64,000 nucleotides of DNA from Eledone cirrhosa (GCA_964016885.1 OZ024740.1:61814001-61878000); one strand, 5' to 3'. Positions 1 to 12,384 are shown, counted from the first letter of the stretch. The notes: generated by a model not told the origin, from the letters alone. Translations and numbers: made by a program.

Positions 1-1048
1 CGGTGCTCTGGTGCAATAAGTAGCAGCAAGTGCCCACAAAATACTAGCTCTTTCAACTGCGCAGAGGGCTCTATAGAAATAGTGGACAGCTTCCGTTACC
101 TGGGTGACAAAATCAGCAGTGGGGGGGGGGGGTGCTCTGAAAGTACAGTAGCTAGAGTCAGAACGGGATGGAAAAAGTTCAGAGAGCTTATACCACTATT
201 AGCCGCTAAAGGGTTCTCCCTAAAAATGAAAGGCAGGTTGTATGATGCCTGCATACGAACAGCAATGTTGCATGGCAGTGAGACCTGGGCATTGTGTGCA
301 GAGGATATACGCAGACTAGAGAGGAACGAAGCTTGCATGCTCCGCTGGATGTGTAATAGTAATATACGTGAACGGCAAAGCATAAACGAACTAAGGAAAA
401 AATTAGAAATAAGAGGGATCAGATGTTGTTTACTCGAGAGAAGGCTACGTTGGTATGGACATGTGATACGCATGAAAGTCGATAGCTGTATAACAAATTG
501 CAGGGCAATAAAGATAGACGGTAGCCACGGAATAGGCAGACCTAGAAAAACCTGGGACGAGCTGATAAACTCCGACCCCACACACTTACACCTCTCCAAG
601 ACAATGTCACTGGACCGAGACCTTTGGCGGTACTCAGTAATAGAGAAGACCCGCCTTACCTATATACATAGTAAAACCTACTACAGTCAGTAGGCATCTC
701 TAACAAAATACACCCCCGTCCCACCACCCCCACCCATCCACACCGCCCCCTTCTATGTAAAGTTATGTTGGTGCCACACCATCCAGGCCGAAACAAATGA
801 GATCGTGTAGGTGTCACGACAAAAAAACACACAGTCCACGCTGTAATGTGACCGTGTAGGCAACACAGTAAAAACCTCCCAGACCCACACTGTAAATGTG
901 GTTGGTGTTAGGAAGGGCATCCAACTGTAGAAAACCTGCCAGACAGTCCTATGCGAGCAAGACAATCACTCTTGCCTCAAGTGGGAAAACCCTGTCCAAA
1001 CCCATGCAAGCGTGGAACACGGACGTTAAACGTTGATGATGATGATGA
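1..1048 (+). mobile_element. RTE-clade LINE, 3' part (end of RT ORF, 3' UTR, (GAT)n tail)
   Basis: FRYLG...AMLHGSETW...RRLRWYGHV...GRPRKTW motifs; nearly identical to 33738-34797; ends in gatgatgat. Confidence 0.93.
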
Positions 1049-1137
1049 ATGCACTGTGGCCGATTTAATCGACTTTCCCATTCCCCAAAATTGCTGGCCT
1101 TGTGCCTAAAGTAGAAGCAATTATTATTATTATTATT
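1048..1137 (+). mobile_element. 3' end of (ATT)n-tailed SINE
   Basis: aattgctggccttgtgcctaaagtagaa.caattatt matches the 3' end of the full SINE at 55314-55505. Confidence 0.75.
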
Positions 1138-1812
1138 TGAAACTTCGTTTGAATTTTGCTTCTTTCCCAAATCTTGCCGAGTGTCACCTTGACACCTGAG
1201 GCAAAATTTGATAATACACATATTTTACAGTCAATTGTCATACAAATGATGCCGTAAGGGCACAAGCAGCAGTAAATGTTTTTAAATTGATAATTCCCTT
1301 CTCAGGACATGGACAGTACCAGTCAGCACTATTTTCTGTATCTCTGAAAGAGATGGCTTTCCAGGTATCTGGTCCAAATATATTTCAGTTCCCCTTTTTA
1401 TCATTCCAAGTGTGCCGATTATCACTGGTATCGTACAGGCCTTAAGATGCCCCATTTTCCCAATTTCAATTGATAGGTCTTTATACTTACTGAGCTTTCC
1501 GAACTCTTTTGAGAAGATGTTATGATCTGATGGAATGCTCATGTCAATTAAGAAACATGTTTCCTCTTTATGGTCCTTCACAATTACTGAGTCCAATGGT
1601 TGATATCTTGTATGATAGCTTGAGCTGGATTATTATTATTCTACCTCTATTTTATCTAGGGAGATAGAGGTGGTCCACATCTGATTTTGGGTGATGTATT
1701 CTATTACAAGTCAAACATTTCCTGATTTTGGTGTCCATTCTCTTAATTTCATTAATGTTCCAATTTATGATATTGAAACTGTAGGTGACAACTGGGATTG
1801 CAAGCTTCCAAT
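1138..1812 (-). mobile_element. R4/Dong-like non-LTR retrotransposon relic (RT thumb fragment + restriction-like endonuclease)
   Basis: AIPVVTYSFNIINW...HHPKSDVDHLYLPR and LIDMSIPSD...KLSKYKDL...IPVIIGTLG...EIQKIVL; 3' end runs into (TAA)n. Confidence 0.85.
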
Positions 1813-2595
1813 CTAGTAACTCTACAATCTCACATGATTTCCCTTTTATCATTCCATCATTGATTGCGGCAGCTCTGAAGTTTTGAAGTTTGCAAAGAGA
1901 GGGAAGGATCTGGAGGGGTGGGTGATTGGTATTGGATTTGGTTTCCTGTGTCTGGGATGTAGAGAGCTTGCATGGTCTTCCAATCATATTCGTGAACATG
2001 GTGAGATATTTCAGCACCCTTTCTAAACTGATCTGCCATGGCTATTTCACTTATCCTGGTGAGAAACTGCTTGTTTGATTGGTCAGAGACTTCTGTTGGT
2101 GAAGGAGAAGGAGTAACGGTGGGTTCAGGTGCAGGCAGAAGAGTGGATGAGAAATAACACTTAGAAGGGAAACAGGCAAAAACCGCAAATATCGAAAGAA
2201 ACCGAATGACCTTTACGGTCATAGGAGAGATTGTAAAAAAGAAAATAAGCTTTAAGGACAAAGGACAAGGTAGAAAAGTGAAAATATATACAGCAGTGTT
2301 TGAAAAAACAGGACTTACACATAGTGTTATTTGGAAAGCGATTTGTGCATTTTAAAATTTATTTACGTATAATAAATTAAGATGATAGAATTGATTTCTT
2401 AAACTATTTAATATCTTACAAATGTTTCAATATATATAATTTAACTTTTGCTATAACAGTTTAGTAAAAAAACAGGGGAAAATATATCAAATATAGCTAA
2501 GTTTCATCAAATATTCTACATCTTTTCATTAGGCTTGTTTTTCATCAGGTCATTTGTTTTTTATCATTTTCATTACCTTTGATGATGTCATATCC

Positions 2596-3010
2596 CCAAT
2601 ATGGCCACTTTACAGTGTGGACTAGGCACTTTTTGTTGTGTTACCAACATGACCACTTCACAGTGTGAACTGGGTGCTTTTTGTTGTGGCACCAAATTGA
2701 TCACTTTACAGTCTGGACCTTTTTGTTGTATCACCAACATGACCACTTTACAGAGTGGGCATGGCAATTATTGTCAAGTTACCATCATGGGTGGACAGGA
2801 TGCTTTTTGTTGTGTTACCAACATGACCACCTTTCAAGGTAGACTAGGTGCTTTTGTTGTGTCACCAACATGACCACATTACAGGGTGGATGAGGTGCTA
2901 TTTGTTGTGTCACCAACCCAATCACTTTACAGGGTGGACTCGGTGCTTATTTGTCATGTCACCTGCATGGCCACCTTACAAGGTGGAATGAGAGCTTTTG
3001 GTCATTTCAA
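2596..3010. repeat. Degenerate ~48-bp tandem repeat (~8 units), probably in the 3' UTR of the old RTE
   Basis: Unit ~ccaacatgaccactttacagtgtggactgggtgctttttgttgtgtca. Confidence 0.8.
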
Positions 3011-3239
3011 CAGCATTGTGGAAGAGTGTGTTCAGCTTTCTATGTTTGTATGCATCAAATGTGGAAAGTAGGGTGAGGGGTGAATGTTGAGCAATGATTA
3101 GAGATGTAGGTCTAGGGTTGGGTATTTAGCTGGTGAAGGGTGTAGTGTTAAGATGTGGGTGAAAAGTGGAGTGTTTAGACATGGGAGGTGTATGGAAGGG
3201 GGAGGGGGAGAAGTAGACTTCTAAATGTTTGCTTCATCC

Positions 3240-4793
3240 AGTGCATATGGGAAGGCAGGTCTTCTGGATAATGCCAGAGATCTCAATCCTTTGAGCGGTG
3301 CAATTGTGTGAGGTCAGCTTTTATCATCTTTCCCCAATCTTTCCTATGTCTTCCTCTTCCATAGCTGCCATCAACTTTGAGTAGCCTGCACCTTTTTATA
3401 CAGCTGTCACCCTTCATATGCATACCAATGCAATCTCCTCTCCTACACACTGCATCTGATCACTCTTATGCCCAGTTTCTCTCTCAGTTCATTTATGCTT
3501 TGCTGTTCATTTATTATACATCCATTGGAGCATGCAAACTTCATGCTCTCTTCATAGGTTCTCTGCACACATCATCCTGGTCTCATTACCATGCAGCATT
3601 GCTGTTCCTATACATGCATCATACAATCTACCCTTCATTCTGAGGGAGAAACTTTTTGTAGCTAGCAGTGGTAGTAGCTCCCTGAACTTTCTCTATTCTG
3701 TTCTCACTTTGGCTACTGTACTTTTGGACCCCCCCCCCCCTGTTAATTTGGTCACCCAGGTCACAGAAGCTGTCAACTGCCTCTACACTACCCTCTAATA
3801 ATTTGTTAGAGCTTGTTTCCTGTGAGCACTTACTGCTTATGTGTATCAAGCACATGTAAAACCTACGTCCTTTGTTAGCTTGCCTGAGATCCTGTTACAT
3901 TTCTTGCATACCCATAGTTTGCATTTGAGACAGCGGATGGAATTTCTACCCACCATTTCCTACACACTGAGCAGAGACATTTCCTTCTTTTTCTTTCTAC
4001 TTACTTGAACTTTAGTCTTTGTCAATTTGACTTTAACTTTAAGACCTTTTGATTCCAAGTTCTGATTCCAGGTCAGGAATTTTTTCTCTAGCTCTGCCAT
4101 AGATTTAGCTATAAGGGTCAGATCATCAGTATACAGGAGTACTCTTGGGTATCCTGTTTTAAACTCTTCTGTTATAACCTGGGGGATGATAATAAACAGG
4201 AGAGGGCTAAGGACAGAACCCTGGTGGACCCCAACTTGCATGCTAAACTCCCTACTATAGTCATTATTAAGTTTAACCTTCCTGACTGCACCTCTGTACA
4301 TGGCTAGTACTGAAATCAGAAGCCACTTATCCACTCTAAGTTTCCCCAAGTGCCTCCTCCCCGACAGATTACAGAATGGGGGACCCTGTCAAAAGCTTTC
4401 TCCAGATTGACAAATGCCAAGTAGAGGGGTTTTCTTTAGCTAGATACTTCTGCAGTTGCCTCTCAAGGAAGAGGACATCTGTGGTACCTTTACCTGGCAC
4501 AAATCTGAACTGCATCTTATCTTGGTTAATTCGATCCCTAATCAGTTGTACAATGACCTTTTTTTGTAACTTTCATAACCTAGTCCATCAATTTGATGCC
4601 ACGGTAGTTTCCTCTGTTTAGTACATCACCTTTGTGCTTTCAGCACTTGATGATGATGATGCTATGCCAGTTATTGGGTATAGCACCATTTTGTATTACT
4701 TGGTTTACAATATGGGTGGTAATGGTGTATCCTACCATCCCAGATAATTTCAGTATCTCAGCAACTATTTCCAATGATCCAGCTACTTTGCTT

Positions 4794-4795
<2 letters not shown>
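3240..4795 (-). mobile_element. Old, frameshifted RTE LINE
   Basis: VGVHQGSVLSPLLF, LLYTDDL and other RT fragments in several frames. Confidence 0.88.

Positions 4796-4796
<1 letters not shown>

Positions 4797-4866
<70 letters not shown>
4797..4866. repeat. (TA)n microsatellite
   Basis: Direct. Confidence 0.98.
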
Positions 4867-4873
<7 letters not shown>

Positions 4874-5313
4874 TATTAATGTTCATACACAGAATAAAAG
4901 CATGACCTAAAGTTTCAAGGCCCAATATTGATCATATCTCTAGATTGTAAGAGGGATCAAAATTTCAGCTTAATCCTTAGGCACTTAGACAAGTTTGAAA
5001 ATACCGTTAAAAGTATAGCATGCTGAAATGTTAGTTTACGAAAAATGTATTATAACAAGACGTTTCACTTTTTTCTTTTTTGTTCATCATTTGAAAAGAG
5101 GGCCATTACCTTGAAATATCATGAAATATATAGGGTTTGACATGTATACAATTATTTTTAATGTTGTGCTAGTCATGGTTTCTTCACAAAATTTTCTAGT
5201 TGGTTGCCCTCCCTATCATCAACCACTTTACAGCATGGACTGGGTACATTTTTTTGTGCCCCCAGCATGACAGAGGTTGTCTTCTCTACCCTTTATCAGC
5301 TATTCTGACCCGC

Positions 5314-5344
<31 letters not shown>

Positions 5345-5458
5345 TATATATATATACATATATATATTTATATATATATATATATATACACATATATATA
5401 TATATATACATATATATATTTATATATATATATATATATACAGAGAGAGAGAGAGAGA
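5314..5458. repeat. Imperfect (TA)n + (AG)n microsatellite
   Basis: Direct. Confidence 0.95.
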
Positions 5459-5835
5459 TGCACATAGAGATATGTATTCAATCATAGGGGATAAAAACCA
5501 TTCACACCACCATGGAATATAAAACGCACGTCTTTTCTCTATATCATTCGTGTTTTCTTAGTTATCTGATATATTTAAAGAAGTGCGGATTGTATTGTTA
5601 GACCACCTGCCGATGAACACTCTACAATATGTATTTTTCATTTTTTGTGGCAAAACATACTATTATTTGAGCATGTCAGGGTGTTATAGTTATTATTGGA
5701 TGATTAGTACACTTTAATTTATTCTTTTAATTGATTTGTATTCACCTTTTCTTTCATAGACAATATGTTCATCACCCTGGTGGTTTTCTATCCCCAATGA
5801 TTAAGCACATATCTCTATGTGTACTTCTCTCTATA
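5450..5835. mobile_element. Small element with ~55-bp imperfect inverted ends
   Basis: cacatagagatatgtattcaatcataggggataaaaacca vs reverse complement at ~5780-5832. Confidence 0.6.
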
Positions 5836-5938
5836 TGCTGATTTATAAAGAGCCCAGAATCTATTCCTTGAGTTCATTAAATTATAGGGGATTAATGTGA
5901 GTCTTTAACTACGTTCTTTAATTTTATATATATATATG

Positions 5939-5969
<31 letters not shown>

Positions 5970-5972
<3 letters not shown>

Positions 5973-7507
5973 TTTATTAAAATAACAGATTAAAGTTTAA
6001 GCAAAGAGTCGCTGCTTTCACCCTTAATTGGATCTTCTAAAACTAAAAAAAATCAATCTGTGAACGCAGAAGTAAATATTTTGAAAAACGTTGCAACCAC
6101 ATGAAGACAGGAAGACGATACTTTGGTTCGTGGAAACGTTCCCTGGCAAAGAATGGAAAAAAACGAAGATAATACGTCATTATTTGAAGCGGTGAAAACA
6201 ATTACACGCAAAGACAAAACCACGTTTATGGTATGAATGAAGTCGTAGACTAATATTCTATTAGGTGGTTCATGGAGACGTTCTCTGGCAATGAATGGAA
6301 AAAACGAAGATAATACGTCATTATGTGGACCGATGAGAACAATTGCACGCAAAGACAAAACCACGTTTATGGTATAACTGAAGTCGTAGACTAAAAATCT
6401 ATTTAGGAAACCGAATGATTCTCGGCTTCAGAGTTAAGAATAATGTAAATAAATTACGGAGGTAATTGAAATCAACAAACATTAAATATATACATGCACG
6501 CATCCATATACGTACAAACACATGCATATGCGAAAACACCCGCCATTGGTATGCAAATACAAGCACGTACACAAAAAAACATGCACGCACATACAGAACC
6601 CACGCAACGCCTGTACCCGCACACATACGAACGTATACATATATATAAAAAAAGTTCCTGTATGAGCAAGGCATGGTCAGCCGGCCAGACACTGCCCACA
6701 ACAGGACAACCCGTCTAACCCATGCTAGCATGGAAGAACGGACGTAAAACGGTGATGATGATGATATATATATATATATATGAGTGTGTGTGCGTGTATA
6801 CATATAATTATATAAACGTATATAAATATACACACATAAATACGTATATAACGCATGCACACACATGTTAATACACATATGTTCGCTAAATGTACATCAA
6901 CCAAAACACAAAGTACACATATACACACACCCTACATACGTACGAACCTGCATACTCACACAGACGCAAAACTCACGTATACACATAACCATATGCACAT
7001 GTTCCAGTATATATAATATATACGCCATAACATATACATGCAAATATATGTACGAGAAAGTCTACGTACCTTCACAAAACATACAGGTAATATATACTTA
7101 CCTATACAAATAAGTAATGGTATAAACATAACATATACTTAGCTACGACATCAAGACGTAAAATATCCGCGTATAGTTTATACTATCCACATAATGACGT
7201 ATCATCTTCGTTTTTTCCGTTCATTGCCAGAGAACGTCTCTACGAACCGCCTAATAGAATATTAGTCTACGACTTCATTCATACCATAAACGTGGTTTTG
7301 TCTTTGCGTGTAATTGTTTTTTCCGTTCTTTGCCAGGGAACGTTTCCACGAACCGAAGTATCGTCTCCCTGTCTTCCTTCGGTTGCAACGTTTTTCAAAA
7401 TATTTACTTCTGCGTTCACAGATTAATTTTTTTAGTTTCAGAAGATCCCATTAAGGGTGAAAGCAGCGATTCTTTGCTTAAACTTTAATCTGTTATTTTA
7501 ATAAATA
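5970..7507. mobile_element. Non-coding foldback/MITE-like element with ~310-bp inverted arms
   Basis: 5970-~6290 is the reverse complement of ~7195-7507; internal ~140-bp duplication in the left arm; partial copy at ~38760-38913. Confidence 0.8.
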
Positions 7508-7591
7508 TTTGCTCTACGGTTCTCATATATTTAAAATATATTTATCCTTATCGAGCCCTCTTTGGATTTTAGTCTTCAAATTTATTATTAT

Positions 7592-7647
<56 letters not shown>

Positions 7648-7680
7648 AAGAACACAAGAGCGTCTACAACATCAAAAGAT

Positions 7681-7740
7681 TTTTATTGGCTTACAATGTT
7701 TCTTCCTTACGTAACCGTAGGATTCGTCAGAGCTATAAAA
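7681..7740 (-). ncRNA. Type I hammerhead ribozyme motif (family A, inverted copy)
   Basis: Reverse complement of 9333-9392. Confidence 0.7.
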
Positions 7741-9332
7741 GGGGTTTGATTGGTGTTATGGACTCTACCAACCAAACATTCAAGAACAAAGAGTAAAGAG
7801 AGTAAAGAGCAAAAGTAGGGGACGATAAGTCTAATTTTGGTGCGGGAGGGTGGGGTGTGGGTCCTTGTTTACTAGCTGCGGTCATATTCATTCCCGGGAG
7901 TCGGGTGGTTAGCTGAACCATAGATGGGGTGGCGTCGATAGTATGGTGCAGAGGGTGCGCAGAGGCTACACAAACACAAAGGGTGTACAATATATATATA
8001 TATATAGGGGAGGAGAAAGTACATGAGGTAATTAGAAATGGAAAAAGAGTAATAATAATAATCTATAATTAATAGTGTATAATAAGGCATGGGGAAGATT
8101 ACACTATAATAAGGTATAAAAGTAAGAATAAGGTAAAATATAAAGGAGGATAAAAGTGGAAATAATAAAGATAAAAAAAATATATAGAGAATATATAAAA
8201 AAATATAAGCAAATATTTGGAGGGGAAAACACAATGTAAAAAGAAACCGAACATAGGACATTAACGAAGCAGTCCTATCGACACCAAAGTTCAACGTTCG
8301 GGCGAATAGATTTGAATCCAACCACCAACAACATAGCTGGATGACCGATAATCACACCAAACCGGAGTACTGTGATCCTTGTGATTTCCAGATATACAAC
8401 CACTGACACTGTTACGAAGACCAGAAAACCATACTCCATATATTGAACCAATTGATTGATTTGTGCGACCAAAATAACACCACACACATATTGAACTAGG
8501 AATATTGGACCCTCCGTCAATGTCCGGGTGAGCAAAAATAGATTTCTATCTGCATTGGAATTTACAAACTTGTGCATCTGCTGTGGTGTCAAAAACAAAC
8601 GCACATGACCGCACAAATAAACAATGGACCATGCCACGTGGCTTGAACCCGTAAGTGAATTGAAGGTTCTGCAACTCTGATACACAGATTATTTATTATT
8701 AAGATGTATAAACTTGACATAACTATTATCATCTTATATTCTCTCAACTAATCACACTTGATCATATTTCTCTATCCCGTTTTCTCCCCCCATAATTATT
8801 ATATTTTTATTATTATTTGAAAAAATCGGTTTCTTTTTACATTGTGTTTTCCCCTCCAAATATTCGCTTATATTTCTTTATATATTCTCTATATATTTTT
8901 TTTATCTTTATTATTTCTTTTATCCTCCTTTATATTTTACCTTATTCTTACTTTTATACCTTATTATAGTGTAATCTTCCCCATGCCTTATTATACACTA
9001 TTAATTATAGATTATTATTATTACTCTTTTTCCATTTCTAATTACCTCATGTACTTTCTCCTCCGCTATATATATATATATATTGTACGCCCTTTGTGTT
9101 TGTGTAGCCTCTGCGCACCCTCTGCACCATACTATCGACGCCACCCCATCTATGGTTCAGCTAACCACCCGACTCCCGGGAATGAATATGACCACAGCTA
9201 GTAAACAAGGACCCACACCCCACCGTCCCGCACCAAAATTAGACTTATCGTCCCCTACTTTTGCTCTTTACTCTCTTTACTCTTTGTTCTTGAATGTTTG
9301 GTTGGTAGAGTCCATAACACCAATCAAACCCC

Positions 9333-9392
9333 TTTTATAGCTCTGACGAATCCTACGGTTACGTAAGGAAGAAACATTGTAAGCCAATAAAA
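9333..9392 (+). ncRNA. Type I hammerhead ribozyme motif (family A)
   Basis: ttttatagct-CTGACGA-a-TCCTACG-gtta-CGTAaGGA-a-GAA-ACATTGT-A-agccaataaaa. Confidence 0.7.
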
Positions 9393-9669
9393 ATCTTTTG
9401 ATGTTGTAGACACTCTTGTGTTCTCTTTCATATATACGGCTCTGCTCCAAAGCATAGAGCTAATTATTATGCTGCCAATACCTTAATGGGACACGGGTAT
9501 ACAATACCTAACTCCTATTAACCTAAGTATATATATATATATATATATAATATATAAGAACAAAAGATATATATAAGAACATAAGATATATATAAGAACA
9601 AAAGATATATATAAGAACATAAGAACAAAAGATGGTTAACAAAAGATGATTTCCATCAAATGAAATAGT

Positions 9670-10129
9670 TGTAGAAGATCACGTCGGGGTCACCACTTTA
9701 GGAGAGATGGTCACCATTTTAGAAGGCTGCGTTGTTTTACGATTTAGAGGGGAGATCGTTTCCCTAGCTTGGCTGGTAGAACATCTCTTCTATTTGTTGT
9801 TAGGTGTAGGTAAACAATTAAGCAAAAAGAACATACCTCGAGATTATATGTACATGAGCATTTTAATCAGAGCAATAAACAAAACAGGTTATCATATCAG
9901 TTGCTCCATGATTGGTAATTCGTAATTATCATTTTGTGGCGGTGTTCAAATATCCCGTGACCGCATGGTGTGATATCGCTGTTTCGCCACCGTGAAATGT
10001 GTCTGCTCTGCTCAAGAGACAAAGTCGAAGAGAGTGTATTCAGCTACTGACGTCAGAACATGATGTCAGATCTAAGGGCAGTTAATCGACTGCCTCCAAA
10101 GTCAAAGCTAGGTGGCGTGATCTTCTATA
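9670..10129 (-). mobile_element. Putative LTR (~460 bp) with upstream PPT-like tract and embedded tRNA-Trp PBS sequence
   Basis: 14-bp inverted termini T(G/A)TAGAAGATCACG; tctggtgggaggcca immediately upstream on minus; TGGTGACCCCGACGTGAT at 9695-9678. Confidence 0.55.
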
Positions 10130-10883
10130 TGGCCTCCCACCAGATTTTTAGAAAAAGAAATAAAAATCGGTTCATCGGACCATGTATGTAGAAAAACGAT
10201 GAGCAACTAGCAAAAATTCCAAACCAAGGAGCAATCAGCCCAACCGAGCATGAAGGGCACAACAAATTTCAAAAGAACATATGAAACAAGCATGCAAGAA
10301 TGAGAAAGAAAAAAATTATAATAAAATGTAAATACAATTTTTAAAAGTTCAAATAGTTCAAATAGAAAATACAGGATTAAAACGCCGCACAATAGCAGCT
10401 TAAAAATATACAGTGCTACACAGTTTTTCCCAAAAAGGCTCCAGTGGCCAGTTCATATAATAAAAGTTTGGAAGAGTTCTTTGGGAAAAACTCCTAAATA
10501 GTTATAGTCCTGTTGAAGCTGTTTCTATATTAAATTTGTTATATTAAATGATGATGACAATGATGTATATATGCATGTATTCATATAGAGAATGAAATGT
10601 AAATATAGAACTGGCTATATTGTGCTAGTTGCTAAGGAAACACATGAAGATAGGTTTCCTGATAGGATTTTCTGAAGTTGGTGTTGGTGTGAGTGGGGCA
10701 GTTTGTACATGAATAAGAATGAAGTACATACATATGTTTTTCCATTAAAAATAAATATGTAGATCTCATTCCCCTAAAACAATTTCATTGACACTCTACC
10801 TCTACAGACAATAAGAAGCTTGTAGCAGTAATAATTCATTATATATATATATATATAATGGGCAGTAGCACTAAGATGATGTT

Positions 10884-11075
10884 TAATAATTGTTTCTACT
10901 TTTGGCACAAGGCCAGCAATTACCCAGTAGATTACTGGTACTTTATTTTATCGACCTCGTAAGGATGAAAGGCAAAGTTAACCATGATGGGATTTGAACT
11001 CAGACCATAAAGGGACGTAATTATGCTAGAAAGCATGGCGCCCAACCCTCTACCGATACTGCCAATTCACCGCCC
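10884..11075 (-). mobile_element. tRNA-headed SINE with (ATT)n tail and Meta/MESC-like core
   Basis: B-box gagttcaaatcc, core gcctttcatccttacg.ggtcgataaa; copies at ~15975-16167(-), 55314-55505(+), 61993-62182(+), 62395-62540(-), 62800-62992(-). Confidence 0.82.
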
Positions 11076-11087
11076 TTAATAAATATA

Positions 11088-11541
11088 TCATCATCATCAT
11101 CGTTTAACGTCCATATTCCACGCTTGCATGGGTTTGTTCGGGAGTTTTCCCACTTGAGGCAAGAGTGGTTGTCTTGCTCGCATAGGACTGTCTGGCGGGT
11201 TTTCTACGGATGGATGCCCTTCCTAACACCAACCACATGTACAGTGTGGAACTGGGAGGTTTTTACCGTGCTACCTACACGGCCACATTACAGCGTGGAC
11301 TGTGTGTTTTTTTGTCGTGACACCTACACGACCTCATTTGTTTCGGCCTGGATGTTGTGGTACCAACATAACTTTACATTGAAAGGGGTGGTGTAGATGG
11401 GGTGGGGGTAGTGGGACGGGCGTGTATTTTGTTAGAGGTGCCTACTGACTGTAGTAGGTTTTACTTTGTATTTAGGTAAGGCGGGTCTTCTCTATTACTG
11501 TGTAGCGCCAAAGATCTCGGTCCAGTGACATTGTCTTGGAA
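11088..11541 (-). mobile_element. RTE LINE 3' end (5'-truncated)
   Basis: Matches 3' UTR and ORF end of the family; (CAT)n on + strand. Confidence 0.9.
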
Positions 11542-11819
11542 ACATATTTATTTAGAGTACACACTGTAAATGTGGTTGGCATTAGGAAGGGCATCCAAGC
11601 ATAGAAACCAAGCTAAAATAAGTTCTGTATGAGCAAACCATGGTCATCTGACCTGGTTTGTCTCACAATAGGACAACTTGTCTAACCCATGCTAGCATGG
11701 AAAATGGACATTAAACAGTAATAATGATGATGATGATGATATATACATATATGTATATATATATATATATATTATCATCACAGTAAGATAAGAGACTGTT
11801 ATCAATATATATATATATA

Positions 11820-11942
11820 TAGGAAAAAGTATGACCCCGACGGCAGAGCTCAAGCCGTTGCGACGGCTATTTCTGGACTGGACTACCAGAAATAGCCATT
11901 GAAACGGCTTGAGCTCTGCCGTCGGGGTCATACTTTTTCCTA
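11820..11942. repeat. Near-perfect GC-rich palindrome (40-bp + 12-bp arms)
   Basis: taggaaaaagtatgaccccgacggcagagctcaagccgtt...aacggcttgagctctgccgtcggggtcatactttttccta. Confidence 0.92.
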
Positions 11943-12152
11943 TTTCTCACTCTACTACCCTAAGTATTGAGTACTCTGGTGCGTTATGGTCCATCTGGTT
12001 CCTTACCACAATTTCTTTGTTATATATATATATATATATATATACGTATATATATATATTAAAGAGTTAAACAAGATTCAATGAGTACATCAAAGAATAA
12101 GTTTTACAGTAGATTGGAAGCACTCTACAGAAAAAAATTTTCCAGAGTTATT

Positions 12153-12384
12153 AATATTAAAATACAAATATTAATAAAATAGATGTTCTTTTGATCAATT
12201 AAATTTTATTATACATATTTCAGAAGTACCTTGATTAAATCTTAACCATTTAACATCTCAGGGTATGTCATGTATCATTATATTTTGTCTGATGAGGACG
12301 TACTGTTGTACCTCTGAAATATGTATAATAAAATTTAATTGATCAAAAGAACATCTATTTTATTAATATTTGTATTTTAATATA
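12153..12384. repeat. ~75-bp inverted repeat overlapping a hammerhead motif
   Basis: 12153-12230 is the reverse complement of 12308-12384. Confidence 0.85.
12282..12334 (+). ncRNA. Type I hammerhead ribozyme motif (family B)
   Basis: attttgt-CTGATGA-GGAcGTAC-tgtt-GTACcTCT-GAA-ATATGTAT-A-ataaaat. Confidence 0.65.

Larger units (their letters stand above)
7641..9433. mobile_element. Non-autonomous PLE-like element: ~610-bp inverted repeats, each with a hammerhead motif
   Basis: 7641-8250 is the reverse complement of 8826-9433; flanked by (TA)n. Confidence 0.75.

Noticed and set aside
753-965. Recurrent MSCSHRTVWQ ORF
   Set aside because: Antisense reading of the RTE 3' UTR with a non-ATG start
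2480-2560. CTGATGA...GAAA on minus strand
   Set aside because: No convincing stems I or II
2596-3010. CRISPR-like periodicity
   Set aside because: No unique spacers, degenerate units, eukaryotic context, no cas genes
5055-5095. Possible minus-strand hammerhead (aTGATGA...GAAACGTC)
   Set aside because: First core C missing and stem II cannot pair; at best a relic
4632-5522. YI/HT/VC-repeat ORFs (also 23563-23994, 30197-30560, 59320-59790)
   Set aside because: Translations of microsatellites
9678-9695. tRNA-Trp gene
   Set aside because: Only the last 18 nt including CCA; no cloverleaf
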